Shown here: piece after piece, positions 18,535 to 26,693 of the stretch
Numbering within the stretch: position 1 is the first letter of the stretch
Layout: the number at the start of each line of letters is the position of its first letter
Assembly (NCBI GenBank): GCA_965203925.1
Contig: OZ241924.1
Location: 4,085,894 to 4,149,893 of the forward strand
Reading direction: 5' to 3'
DNA: 64,000 nucleotides
Origin: Bryobacterales bacterium
GTDB taxonomy: Bacteria > Acidobacteriota > Terriglobia > Bryobacterales > UBA6623
The notes under the pieces: model-generated
The model's database searches: none
Seen by the model: the letters and a program-made list of their open reading frames with translations, nothing else
Told to the model about the DNA's origin: nothing
Program-made: the position numbers and the translations under genes

Positions 18535-20379
18535 ATGAGGATTCTTGGACTTGGTCTGGCGGCTATGGCGATCGTGGTGGCGGCTGCGGCGCAGCAGCCC
18601 GCCGACAGGGAAGGGATGAACGAGGAAGCCCTGACGCCGGAGCAATTCCGGGCGGCGCATGCATCGCTGACCGCCCCGCGGAACCCGTCCGACCGCGGCG
18701 CTGCGGTCACGGACAAGGTTGCCCGCCGCATTCCCGCCGACCGGACCGAAGCCGTCGTCCGCCGCAACTTCGTGGACGAGCATATCTTCGGGGCAATCGA
18801 GAGAGCTGGCATCTCCCACGCCCCGCCAGCGGACGACGGAGAGTTCCTGCGGCGCGTCTACCTTGACCTGATCGGCCGCATTCCGACGCCCGGCGAGATC
18901 AGGAACTTTCTGGCCGACGCGAATCGCAACAAGCGCGCCGCAACCATAGACAGGCTCCTGGAGCGCGAGGAGTTCAGCGAGAAGTGGGCCTACTTCTACA
19001 TGGACTTGTTCCGGGCGAACGGAAAGATGGGCCGGGGCAGGGAACTCTTCCACTACTGGCTCAAGGAGAACCTGAGATCCGATCGGCCGTATGACGAATG
19101 GGTGCGGGCCATGATCGCCTCCGCCGGCAAGAGCAGCAATGTGTTGGCGGCCTCCAACGTGATCGCCCGTGAGCACGTCCAGGGAAAGGCGCAGCCTGAT
19201 GACGGCCATGACTGGGAAATGGTCCATCAGCTCGATACGCACGATGAGCTGACGATCCTGTACGGCAAGGTGTTCCTGGGGATCAATCTGTCCTGCATCT
19301 CCTGCCACGACGGCGCCAGCCACCTTGAGGAGGTCAACGTCTACTTGGCGGGGCGCACCAGGAACGACTTTCACCGCCAAGCAGCATTCTTGGGCAACAC
19401 TCGCTATCTCATGTACTGGGAGGACGGCGATGTCAAGGCCAACGAGTTCCTGATCGACGACCTTGCGCCGGGTTACGACACCCTCGGACCGAGCATGCTC
19501 AGGATCCCCCGGTGGGGCGGAGACGCGTCGCCGAAATTCCTGCTGACTGACGAGGCACCCCTCTCCGGCGAGAACGCTCGGGACGGGTTGGCGCGCATGC
19601 TGACGGCCCATCCGCAGTTCGCCAAGGCCACCGCGAACCTGTTTTGGAAGCAGCTAATGGGCTACGGGATCGTTGAGCCGTACGACGAATTCGACCTGGC
19701 ACGCCAAGACCCGGACAACGTCCCCGATGGGTGGCAGCTTCAGCCGACGCATCCGAGGCTGCTTGATGACCTCGCTGCGGACTTCCGCCAGTCCGGTCAC
19801 AGGCTGAAGCATCTGATGCGTACGATCTGCAACTCCAGCGCCTACCAGCTCTCCGCGAGCTATCCCGGGGAATGGCATCCTTCCTACCGTCGGCTTTATG
19901 CGCGCAAGTTCGTGCGGATGCTGACAGCAGAGGAGCTCCACGACGCCATCGCAGTGGCGACCAGCCGCCCGGGCCGGTTCCGCTTTGGCGGTGATACGGT
20001 CGGCATGGCGTTGAAGCTGAGCGAGCCGCAAGGAGCCCCAGACCTGAAATACCTGCTGCGGACCTTCGGACAATCAACGCGCAGAAACCCGCCGAAGCCT
20101 TGGAACGGTTCCGTTCGGCAACCGCTCGCGCTGATGGAGTCCCCAGTAGTGAGCGAGCGCGTCAAGGCTGAGAAGGACAGCTTGGTGCAAAGGCTGCTGG
20201 CCAGCTACGAGGACGACGACAGGGTCGTCGGCGAGATCTTCTTGGCGACACTTGCCCGATCACCCTCGTCGGCGGAGATGTCGGTCGCGCTTGAGGAGCT
20301 CTCGCGTGACCGTGTCCGAGGTGCGGAGAATCTGCAGTGGGCCCTGATCAACAACGTGGAGTTCTTCTTCAACCACTGA
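18535..20379 (+). CDS. DUF1549/DUF1553 (PSD1-type) protein, secreted
   Basis: RRVYLDLIGRIPTPGEIRNFLAD (DUF1549 block), CISCHDG, and the C-terminal WALINNVEFFFNH (DUF1553 ending). The signal-like start MRILGLGLAAMAIVVAAAAQQ is at ATG 18535. Confidence 0.8.
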   Translation: MRILGLGLAAMAIVVAAAAQQPADREGMNEEALTPEQFRAAHASLTAPRNPSDRGAAVTDKVARRIPADRTEAVVRRNFVDEHIFGAIERAGISHAPPADDGEFLRRVYLDLIGRIPTPGEIRNFLADANRNKRAATIDRLLEREEFSEKWAYFYMDLFRANGKMGRGRELFHYWLKENLRSDRPYDEWVRAMIASAGKSSNVLAASNVIAREHVQGKAQPDDGHDWEMVHQLDTHDELTILYGKVFLGINLSCISCHDGASHLEEVNVYLAGRTRNDFHRQAAFLGNTRYLMYWEDGDVKANEFLIDDLAPGYDTLGPSMLRIPRWGGDASPKFLLTDEAPLSGENARDGLARMLTAHPQFAKATANLFWKQLMGYGIVEPYDEFDLARQDPDNVPDGWQLQPTHPRLLDDLAADFRQSGHRLKHLMRTICNSSAYQLSASYPGEWHPSYRRLYARKFVRMLTAEELHDAIAVATSRPGRFRFGGDTVGMALKLSEPQGAPDLKYLLRTFGQSTRRNPPKPWNGSVRQPLALMESPVVSERVKAEKDSLVQRLLASYEDDDRVVGEIFLATLARSPSSAEMSVALEELSRDRVRGAENLQWALINNVEFFFNH

Positions 20380-20407
20380 ACTGGCTGACGAAACTGGGGG
20401 GAGGCAC

Positions 20408-21799
20408 ATGAGGACTATTGCGGAAGCGTTTGGCACGCGCCGGGATGCCCTGCGCCTTGGGGGAGTCGGGCTGGCGTCGGCCGCAGTCGATGGGCTGTTG
20501 CCGCGGCGCATTTCCGCCGCCCCGAGGGTGACGCCCCGCGGAACGGCCAGGAACGTGCTCTTCTACGAGATCAACGGTGCCATCAGCCATCTGGAGTCGT
20601 GGGACTTCAAGGAGAATGCCGGCACGCCCGCGGACCTGCGGGTGACGGAGCACCACAAGGGGTTGTACCTTTCGGAGAAGCTGTTCCCGCGATTCAGGCG
20701 GCAGATCGACCAATTCGCAATCCTACGGACGCTGCTGAGTCACGAGGAGGTCCACTTCCGCGGTCAGACCTATGTGCAAACAGGCCGACCGCTGAACTTG
20801 GCCTTCGCCAGCGAAATACCTGCAATCGGCTCGGTGGTTGCGATGGAACTGGAACCGAGCCGGCGAGACTCGGACACGTTCCCCACGTACATGTCCTTCA
20901 ACCTCGAGAAGGCGTTTCCGGGGGCCCTTTCGACCGGCTTTCTCGATCCTCGATTTTCGGTGGTGGACATTAATCCGGAGTTGGCGGGCCAAGGAGTGTC
21001 CTTGGACGAGCCGGCGCTCCGCTTGGTGGAAGAGCGCTGGCGCCTGCTTGAGAAGCTGCGCAACGCGCAACGGGACCGTCTCGACGGATTCGAACGTCGC
21101 ATGGCCAGCTACGAGAGCTTCTACGATGCGGCCCACCGACTGGTCTCGGACGATCGCTGGGCGCGGGCCTTCAGGATCGACGGCGAAGACCGGGAACGCT
21201 ATGGAGAGACGGACGTTGGCACTTCCTGCATTCTGGCCCGCAACGTTCTCGCGGCCGACGCGGGGACGCGCTACGTGCACATCTGCCACCCAGGCTGGGA
21301 CCACCACAAGTACATTTGGGACGCTTCGAAGGACACCAACCACTACAAGCTCTGTGGGGAGTTCGATCGCGCTTTCTCAGCTCTAGTGGCGGACCTCGCC
21401 AGCACGCCGTCCGCGGAAGATCCCTCTCGGAGCGTGCTCGATGACACCCTTGTCGTTGCGATGAGCGAATTCGGTCGCACGCCCGGCGCACTTAACAACC
21501 TTGAGGGCCGAGACCACTACAACAAGGTCTTCCCCGCGCTGTTCGCGGGGGCCGGCGTGCGTCCCGGCGTCATTCTCGGGGAGACGGACAAGGACGGGGC
21601 GCAGTGCGTCCGGACCGGATGGCACCGGAACGAGCAACCGCGAATCGAGAATGTGGTTTCGACGATCTATTCTGCGCTTGGGATCGACTGGTCCAAGAAG
21701 ATCCACGACACGCCGTCCAGGCGGACGTACGCGTATGTCGACGAGCTGGGGGCCCCGGGCTGGATCCCGACTGACGAGATCAGCTCCTTGTATGGCTAG
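20408..21799 (+). CDS. DUF1501 (sulfatase/alkaline-phosphatase-fold) protein with Tat signal
   Basis: The RRDALRLGGVGLASAAV twin-arginine leader, NGAISHLESWDFKE and SEFGRTP blocks are typical of DUF1501. It is the usual partner of DUF1549/1553 genes. Confidence 0.8.
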   Translation: MRTIAEAFGTRRDALRLGGVGLASAAVDGLLPRRISAAPRVTPRGTARNVLFYEINGAISHLESWDFKENAGTPADLRVTEHHKGLYLSEKLFPRFRRQIDQFAILRTLLSHEEVHFRGQTYVQTGRPLNLAFASEIPAIGSVVAMELEPSRRDSDTFPTYMSFNLEKAFPGALSTGFLDPRFSVVDINPELAGQGVSLDEPALRLVEERWRLLEKLRNAQRDRLDGFERRMASYESFYDAAHRLVSDDRWARAFRIDGEDRERYGETDVGTSCILARNVLAADAGTRYVHICHPGWDHHKYIWDASKDTNHYKLCGEFDRAFSALVADLASTPSAEDPSRSVLDDTLVVAMSEFGRTPGALNNLEGRDHYNKVFPALFAGAGVRPGVILGETDKDGAQCVRTGWHRNEQPRIENVVSTIYSALGIDWSKKIHDTPSRRTYAYVDELGAPGWIPTDEISSLYG

Positions 21800-22559
21800 G
21801 GCTGCGGTCCTTGCCATCGCGACAGCCGCATGCCTGGCGGCCCAAACAGGGCAGGTGGCGCTCATCCCGGAAGGGGCGTTCGAGATGGGCCGGTCCTACA
21901 CTCTCCCGGACGACGGGCTCAAGTGGGTTCCCCACACCCTGCGCGACGACCGACCCGTCCACGCGGTCTGGTTGCCGGATTTCGAGATCGACGTCCACGA
22001 GGTGACCAATCGCCAGTACGCCGAGTACGTTGAGAGGTCCGGCGGGGAACTAGACCCTCCTTTCTACTGGGGTGGATCGCAGCCGCCACGAGAGCGGTTG
22101 GACGAACCTGTCGCAAACGTGACGTGGCAAGATGCACGCGACTACTGCGCATGGCGAGGAATGCGCCTACCGACCGAGGCGGAGTGGGAGAAGGCATGCC
22201 GCGGCGGCCTTCCGGCCCGCAAGTACCCTTGGGGCGAAGCCGAGATCGACCGGAAGTTGGCGCACTATGACTCGGTCAACGGACCCGTGCCTGTTTGCAG
22301 CTTTGAGCGCAACGGGTACGGGCTGTGCGACATGGCAGGAAACGCGTGGGAATGGATCGCTGACTTCTACGCGAAGGACTACTACGCTGGCTCACCTTCC
22401 CGCACTCCCCCGGGTGCGGCCACGGGCCGATACAAGGTACTGCGCGGAGGGTCCTGGTCCGATGTACCCAAGTTCCTGACGTGCGGGCACCGCAGCTTTG
22501 CCCGCCCAGCGGAGCGCAGCCCGAACATCGGCTTCCGGTGCGCGCGCACTGTCCGGTAG
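21792..22559 (+). CDS. Formylglycine-generating enzyme (SUMF1/EgtB/PvdO) family protein, secreted
   Basis: RVLRGGSWSD and RSFARPAERSPNIGFRCA are family blocks. Start trimmed to ATG 21792 (MARAAVLAIATAACLAAQ), which overlaps the DUF1501 stop by 8 nt. Confidence 0.75.
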   Translation: MARAAVLAIATAACLAAQTGQVALIPEGAFEMGRSYTLPDDGLKWVPHTLRDDRPVHAVWLPDFEIDVHEVTNRQYAEYVERSGGELDPPFYWGGSQPPRERLDEPVANVTWQDARDYCAWRGMRLPTEAEWEKACRGGLPARKYPWGEAEIDRKLAHYDSVNGPVPVCSFERNGYGLCDMAGNAWEWIADFYAKDYYAGSPSRTPPGAATGRYKVLRGGSWSDVPKFLTCGHRSFARPAERSPNIGFRCARTVR

Positions 22560-22819
22560 ACCGATTCCGGAGGAGACCGACGAGAGGCCGGCGCAGTTGC
22601 GCCAGCAGTTCGCAGCGCACTAGGGAACCGGTGTCGGGATCGCGACGAACTCGTCGGATCCTAGAGATGCTGGTACACAGGCATGCCGGGGCCTGTCCGG
22701 CCTGCTATCGTATCGCTCGCACGCCGTGGCCCGCCTAGACCGGCCAGTGCTGACAGCCGCGACGGGACCGGTGGCCGCTCGTGGCGCCGGGGGTTCAGCG
22801 GTTGACCGCAGCGCAAAGA

Positions 22820-23239
22820 ATGCAACAGTTCGTCCGAAACCTGACAGTCGCTACTTACGGAAAGGGCCTGACCGAGATCACCAGCCAGATCGTTGGGTGG
22901 GTATCCGGCCTGACCATCGAGACGGGGATGCTGACCGTGTACATCCGCCACACGTCCGCGTCGCTCACTATCCAGGAGAATGCCGACCCGGACGTGCAGA
23001 CTGACCTCGAGCGGTTCTTCGCACGCCTGGTGCCTGAAGACAGGCGGCTCTACCGTCACACGTCTGAGGGCCCCGATGACATGCCGGCACACATCCGCTC
23101 CGCGCTCACGCAGACTCACCTTGCGATCCCGGTGCTCCGGGGCCGGCCGGCGCTTGGGGTCTGGCAGGGAATCTACCTGTTCGAGCACAGGAGGCGTCCG
23201 CACAGGCGGACGGTGGCTCTGCATGCAATCGGCGAGTAG
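22820..23239 (+). CDS. yjbQ: YjbQ/UPF0047 family protein (secondary thiamine-phosphate synthase type)
   Basis: HTSASLTIQENADPDV, GPDDMPAHIRSAL and LGVWQGIYLFEHR blocks. The start is ATG 22820 or the earlier 22781. Confidence 0.8.
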   Translation: MQQFVRNLTVATYGKGLTEITSQIVGWVSGLTIETGMLTVYIRHTSASLTIQENADPDVQTDLERFFARLVPEDRRLYRHTSEGPDDMPAHIRSALTQTHLAIPVLRGRPALGVWQGIYLFEHRRRPHRRTVALHAIGE

Positions 23240-23266
23240 CGAGCGGTCCTGAAGCGTCAGCGTTCG

Positions 23267-23285
23267 CGCCGACCTAGCAGGTCGG
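23267..23285. terminator. Stem-loop between the convergent yjbQ and tRNA-Leu genes (possible terminator)
   Basis: GCCGACC-tagca-GGTCGGC forms a 7-bp perfect stem. There is no clear U-tract. Confidence 0.35.
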
Positions 23286-23300
23286 CCTCCCGCGACGCAT

Positions 23301-23385
23301 TGGTGCGAACGGGGAGACTCGAACTCCCACGGGTTGCCCCACTAGAACCTAAATCTAGCGCGTCTGCCAATTCCGCCACGTTCGC
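23301..23385 (-). tRNA. tRNA-Leu (anticodon UAG), 85 nt, CCA encoded
   Basis: Manual cloverleaf: acceptor GCGAACG/CGTTCGC, anticodon stem CTAGA/TCTAG with loop TTTAGGT (anticodon TAG), 13-nt variable arm, T-arm GGGAG-TTCGAGT-CTCCC, then ACCA. Confidence 0.9.
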
Positions 23386-23525
23386 CCGCTGCGCCACGAG
23401 GGGCCGGGGCCGCGGAGCGGCTCACCCGCCCACCAGGGCAAGATTGCTCGGAGAACTCATCCTAGCCGATCTGCCCGGCACGGGCCGGGCCCTCGCCCGC
23501 GCGAAAGAGTCATGGGAATCCCTGC

Positions 23526-24776
23526 ATGTTCGATATCATGGGCCAAATGTCGCAAACCACGGACCTTCTGAGAACGGCTTTGGCGGCTGGTGAGGGTGTC
23601 CTTCGCCTCGCCCCGTGCTGGGTGCCGCGATCGTTCCTGATGCCGGGTGGCAGGTTGAAGCTGCACCCGGGGGACATATACGCGCTTGGGGCTCACAGGG
23701 GGGGCATCGATGAACGCTGGTTCTCGTCCACCACAAATGCCGACAACGGCCCCGGAACGCCCGACGACGAGGGCTTGAGCTACGTAGTCATTCCCAACGG
23801 CGGAGACTCGCCGGCCAAGATTCTCCTGAAGCGCGCAGTGGACGATCTCGGTGATGAGATTCTCGGCAAGGAGGTGATGCGCCAGCACGGCGGCTGGAAC
23901 GTGCTCTGCAAGTTCTTCGACAATCTAGGACCGATCCCGCACCACATGCACCAGGACGAAGCGGCGGCGAAGCGCGTCGGGCGGCGGGGAAAGCCTGAGG
24001 CGTATTACTTCCCGCCCCAGTACAACTACAAGGAGAACAACTTCGCGTACACGTTCATGGGGTTGGAGCCGGGAACGACCAAGGACGACGTCTGGCGCTG
24101 CCTGGAGCGCTGGAATGAGGGCGACAACGGCATTCTGTACCACTCGAAGGCATACAAGCTGAAGCCTGGCACAGGCTGGCAGATCCCGGCCGGCGTGCTC
24201 CATGCGCCCGGATCGGCCGTCACCTATGAGCCCCAGGTGAATTCCGACGTGTTCGGCATGTTCCAGTCCATGGTCGAGGGCCGGGCAGTCCCGTGGGACC
24301 TGCTCGTGAAGGACGTCCCTCCGGAGCACCACCAAGACTTCGAATACATCATTGGCATGCTCGACTGGGAGAAGAACGTGGATCCGTACTTCATGAAGAA
24401 CCGGTTCTTTGAGCCGCTGCCCGTACGGCCGGTCGAGGAGATGGCAGATGACGGCTACCGGGAAGTTTGGGTGACTTACTCCACGGCCGACTACTCGGCC
24501 AAGGAACTGACAGTGTTGCCGGGTCGCAGTGTCACGATCCGGGATGCTGCGGCCTATGGACTGATCCTGACCCAAGGGCGGGGCAAGATTGGCGTCTGGG
24601 ATGCCCACACGCCAGCCATGATCCGCTTCGGCGAACTGACCGCTGATGAGTATTTCGTCACCGCCTCGGCCGCGGCCGCCGGCGTCCGTATCACCAACGC
24701 CAGTCCCGACGAGAAGCTGGTGATGCTTAAGCACTTCGGTCCTGACAACCCGGACGCTCGTCCCCTCGAGAGGTAG
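23526..24776 (+). CDS. Cupin-fold protein resembling type I phosphomannose isomerases
   Basis: LCKFFDNLGPIPHHMHQD and GKPEAYYF resemble the PMI blocks (K.L....LS.QVHP and GK.E.WY). The specific substrate is unknown. Confidence 0.5.
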   Translation: MFDIMGQMSQTTDLLRTALAAGEGVLRLAPCWVPRSFLMPGGRLKLHPGDIYALGAHRGGIDERWFSSTTNADNGPGTPDDEGLSYVVIPNGGDSPAKILLKRAVDDLGDEILGKEVMRQHGGWNVLCKFFDNLGPIPHHMHQDEAAAKRVGRRGKPEAYYFPPQYNYKENNFAYTFMGLEPGTTKDDVWRCLERWNEGDNGILYHSKAYKLKPGTGWQIPAGVLHAPGSAVTYEPQVNSDVFGMFQSMVEGRAVPWDLLVKDVPPEHHQDFEYIIGMLDWEKNVDPYFMKNRFFEPLPVRPVEEMADDGYREVWVTYSTADYSAKELTVLPGRSVTIRDAAAYGLILTQGRGKIGVWDAHTPAMIRFGELTADEYFVTASAAAAGVRITNASPDEKLVMLKHFGPDNPDARPLER

Positions 24777-25048
24777 GTCGGGGCCCATCTCGGGATTGCG
24801 GGAATTCGCCGACCGGCAGCCCCCGACCCGCCAGAGGTCGGTCGCGGCGTAGAACTCGCTTGGCGACGCTGCGGGCCTGAGGGCCGCTTGCCCGGACCTT
24901 GGGCCGATAGAAATTTCTTATGGGTGTGAGCACCAGATCGGCCCGTCCGGCGCTGTGATAGGATCAACGCTTACCAGTCAAGGTGCTTTGCCGGAAGGCA
25001 CGCGCCTCAATTCTGTCCACCCCCCAAAGCGGCAACTAGGAGGAGCCA

Positions 25049-26470
25049 ATGGCTGTACGTAGAACCCCATCCGAGGTCATGGCGTATGCAAGAGACAACG
25101 ACGTCAAGATGCTCGACCTGCGATTCGCGGACCTTCCGGGAATCTGGCAGCACGTCTCGTATCCGATCAGCGAACTCACCGAGGAGAGTTTCGAGGACGG
25201 ATTCGGCTTCGACGGATCGTCGATCCGTGGTTGGCAGGCGATCAGCGAGTCAGACATGCTGATCGTCCCCGATCCCAACACCGCGTTCATCGACCCGTTC
25301 TACGAGGTCCCCACGCTGTGCGTCGTCTGCACCATCCTCGATCCGATCACGCGCCAGCACTACGAGCGCGACCCGCGCTGGATCGCGCAGAAGGCCGAGA
25401 AATTCCTTCAGTACACCGGCGCCGGTGATGTTGCGTACTTTGGCGCCGAGGCAGAGTTCTTCGTGTTCGACAACGTCAGCTACGACTCATCCTACAATTT
25501 TGGCTTCTACAAGCTCGACTCCGAGGAGGGTCGCTGGAACTCCGGTCGCAGCGAGAATAACTTGGGCTATCGGCCCCGCTACAAGGAAGGCTACTTCCCG
25601 GTTCCTCCCACGGATCACTTTCAGGACATCCGCACCGAGATGTCCCAGGTGATGATGGATTGCGGCATTGAGGTGGAGTGCCATCACCATGAAGTCGCCA
25701 CGGGCGGGCAGGGCGAGATCGACCAGCGCTTCGACACCTTGGTCCTGTCGGCGGACAACATGATGCTGTACAAGTACATCGTCCGGCAGGTCGCCTATCA
25801 GAACGGCAAGACGGCTACCTTCATGCCGAAGCCGCTGTGGAACGACAACGGTTCGGGAATGCACACTCACCAGTCGATCTGGAAGGACGGCGAGCCTACC
25901 TTCGCGGGAGACGGCTATGCCGGCCTCAGCGAGACGGCCCTGCACTACATCGGCGGACTACTCAAGCACTCACCGGCGCTGGCGGCGATCGTAGCGCCCA
26001 CGACCAACAGCTACAAGAGGCTCGTGCCCGGATTCGAGGCGCCCGTGAGTCTGGCGTACTCGCGCCGGAACCGCTCGGCTGCCTGTCGCATCCCGATGTA
26101 CTCTGCCAGCCCGAAGAGCAAGCGCGTTGAACTGCGCTATCCCGACCCGTCCTGCAACCCCTACCTAGCGTTCTCCGCTAGTCTCATGGCCGGTCTTGAC
26201 GGCATCCAGAACCGGATCGATCCGGGCGAGGCACTCGACAAGGACATCTACGACCTTTCCCCAGAGGAACTCAGCAACGTGCCGGCGCTTCCAGAGGATC
26301 TGGCGGGGGCGCTGCAGGCCCTTGAGCGCGACCACGACTTCCTGACGCAGAATGATGTGTTCACGGAAGAGCTGATCAGCAGCTACATCGACTACAAGCG
26401 CTCAGCAGAGGTCGACGAGGTTCGCCAGCGTCCGCATCCGTACGAGTTTTCTCTGTACTACGACATCTAA
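25049..26470 (+). CDS. glnA: Glutamine synthetase type I
   Basis: Full-length GSI with blocks [39 protein letters not shown] and [16 protein letters not shown]. Confidence 0.95.
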   Translation: MAVRRTPSEVMAYARDNDVKMLDLRFADLPGIWQHVSYPISELTEESFEDGFGFDGSSIRGWQAISESDMLIVPDPNTAFIDPFYEVPTLCVVCTILDPITRQHYERDPRWIAQKAEKFLQYTGAGDVAYFGAEAEFFVFDNVSYDSSYNFGFYKLDSEEGRWNSGRSENNLGYRPRYKEGYFPVPPTDHFQDIRTEMSQVMMDCGIEVECHHHEVATGGQGEIDQRFDTLVLSADNMMLYKYIVRQVAYQNGKTATFMPKPLWNDNGSGMHTHQSIWKDGEPTFAGDGYAGLSETALHYIGGLLKHSPALAAIVAPTTNSYKRLVPGFEAPVSLAYSRRNRSAACRIPMYSASPKSKRVELRYPDPSCNPYLAFSASLMAGLDGIQNRIDPGEALDKDIYDLSPEELSNVPALPEDLAGALQALERDHDFLTQNDVFTEELISSYIDYKRSAEVDEVRQRPHPYEFSLYYDI

Positions 26471-26532
26471 CCGGCCACCAGCCGGAATTGGGGCGTCAGG
26501 GCGAATCAGCCCGGACACACCCTTCGACCTCA

Positions 26533-26561
26533 GGGCGGGAGCTGCTCGACAGCTCCCGCCC
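26533..26561. terminator. Strong stem-loop between convergent genes (bidirectional terminator candidate)
   Basis: GGGCGGGAGCTG-ctcga-CAGCTCCCGCCC forms a 12-bp perfect stem, 63 nt after the glnA stop. Confidence 0.6.
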
Positions 26562-26693
26562 TGTCCGAGCTTTAGGGGCCGTGCGACGGGGCAGAACGTC
26601 TCGCCGGACCGGGGCCGGGCGCTGCCATCTGAAGGAGTCCCGGAGGGCGCCCGAAGCTATTCACCCGGACGGTCCCCACGTAGGGCCGTCCGA

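Noticed and set aside
24960-25048. Possible glutamine (glnA RNA) riboswitch in the glnA leader. The hairpin GGTGC-tttgccggaag-GCAC ends in GAAGGCACGCGCC, which resembles the GAAGGAACGC end of the motif.
   Set aside because: The 5' half of the motif (CGUUCA P1 strand, E-loop) is not present. The resemblance is limited to about 10 nt, and I cannot confirm it without a covariance-model search.
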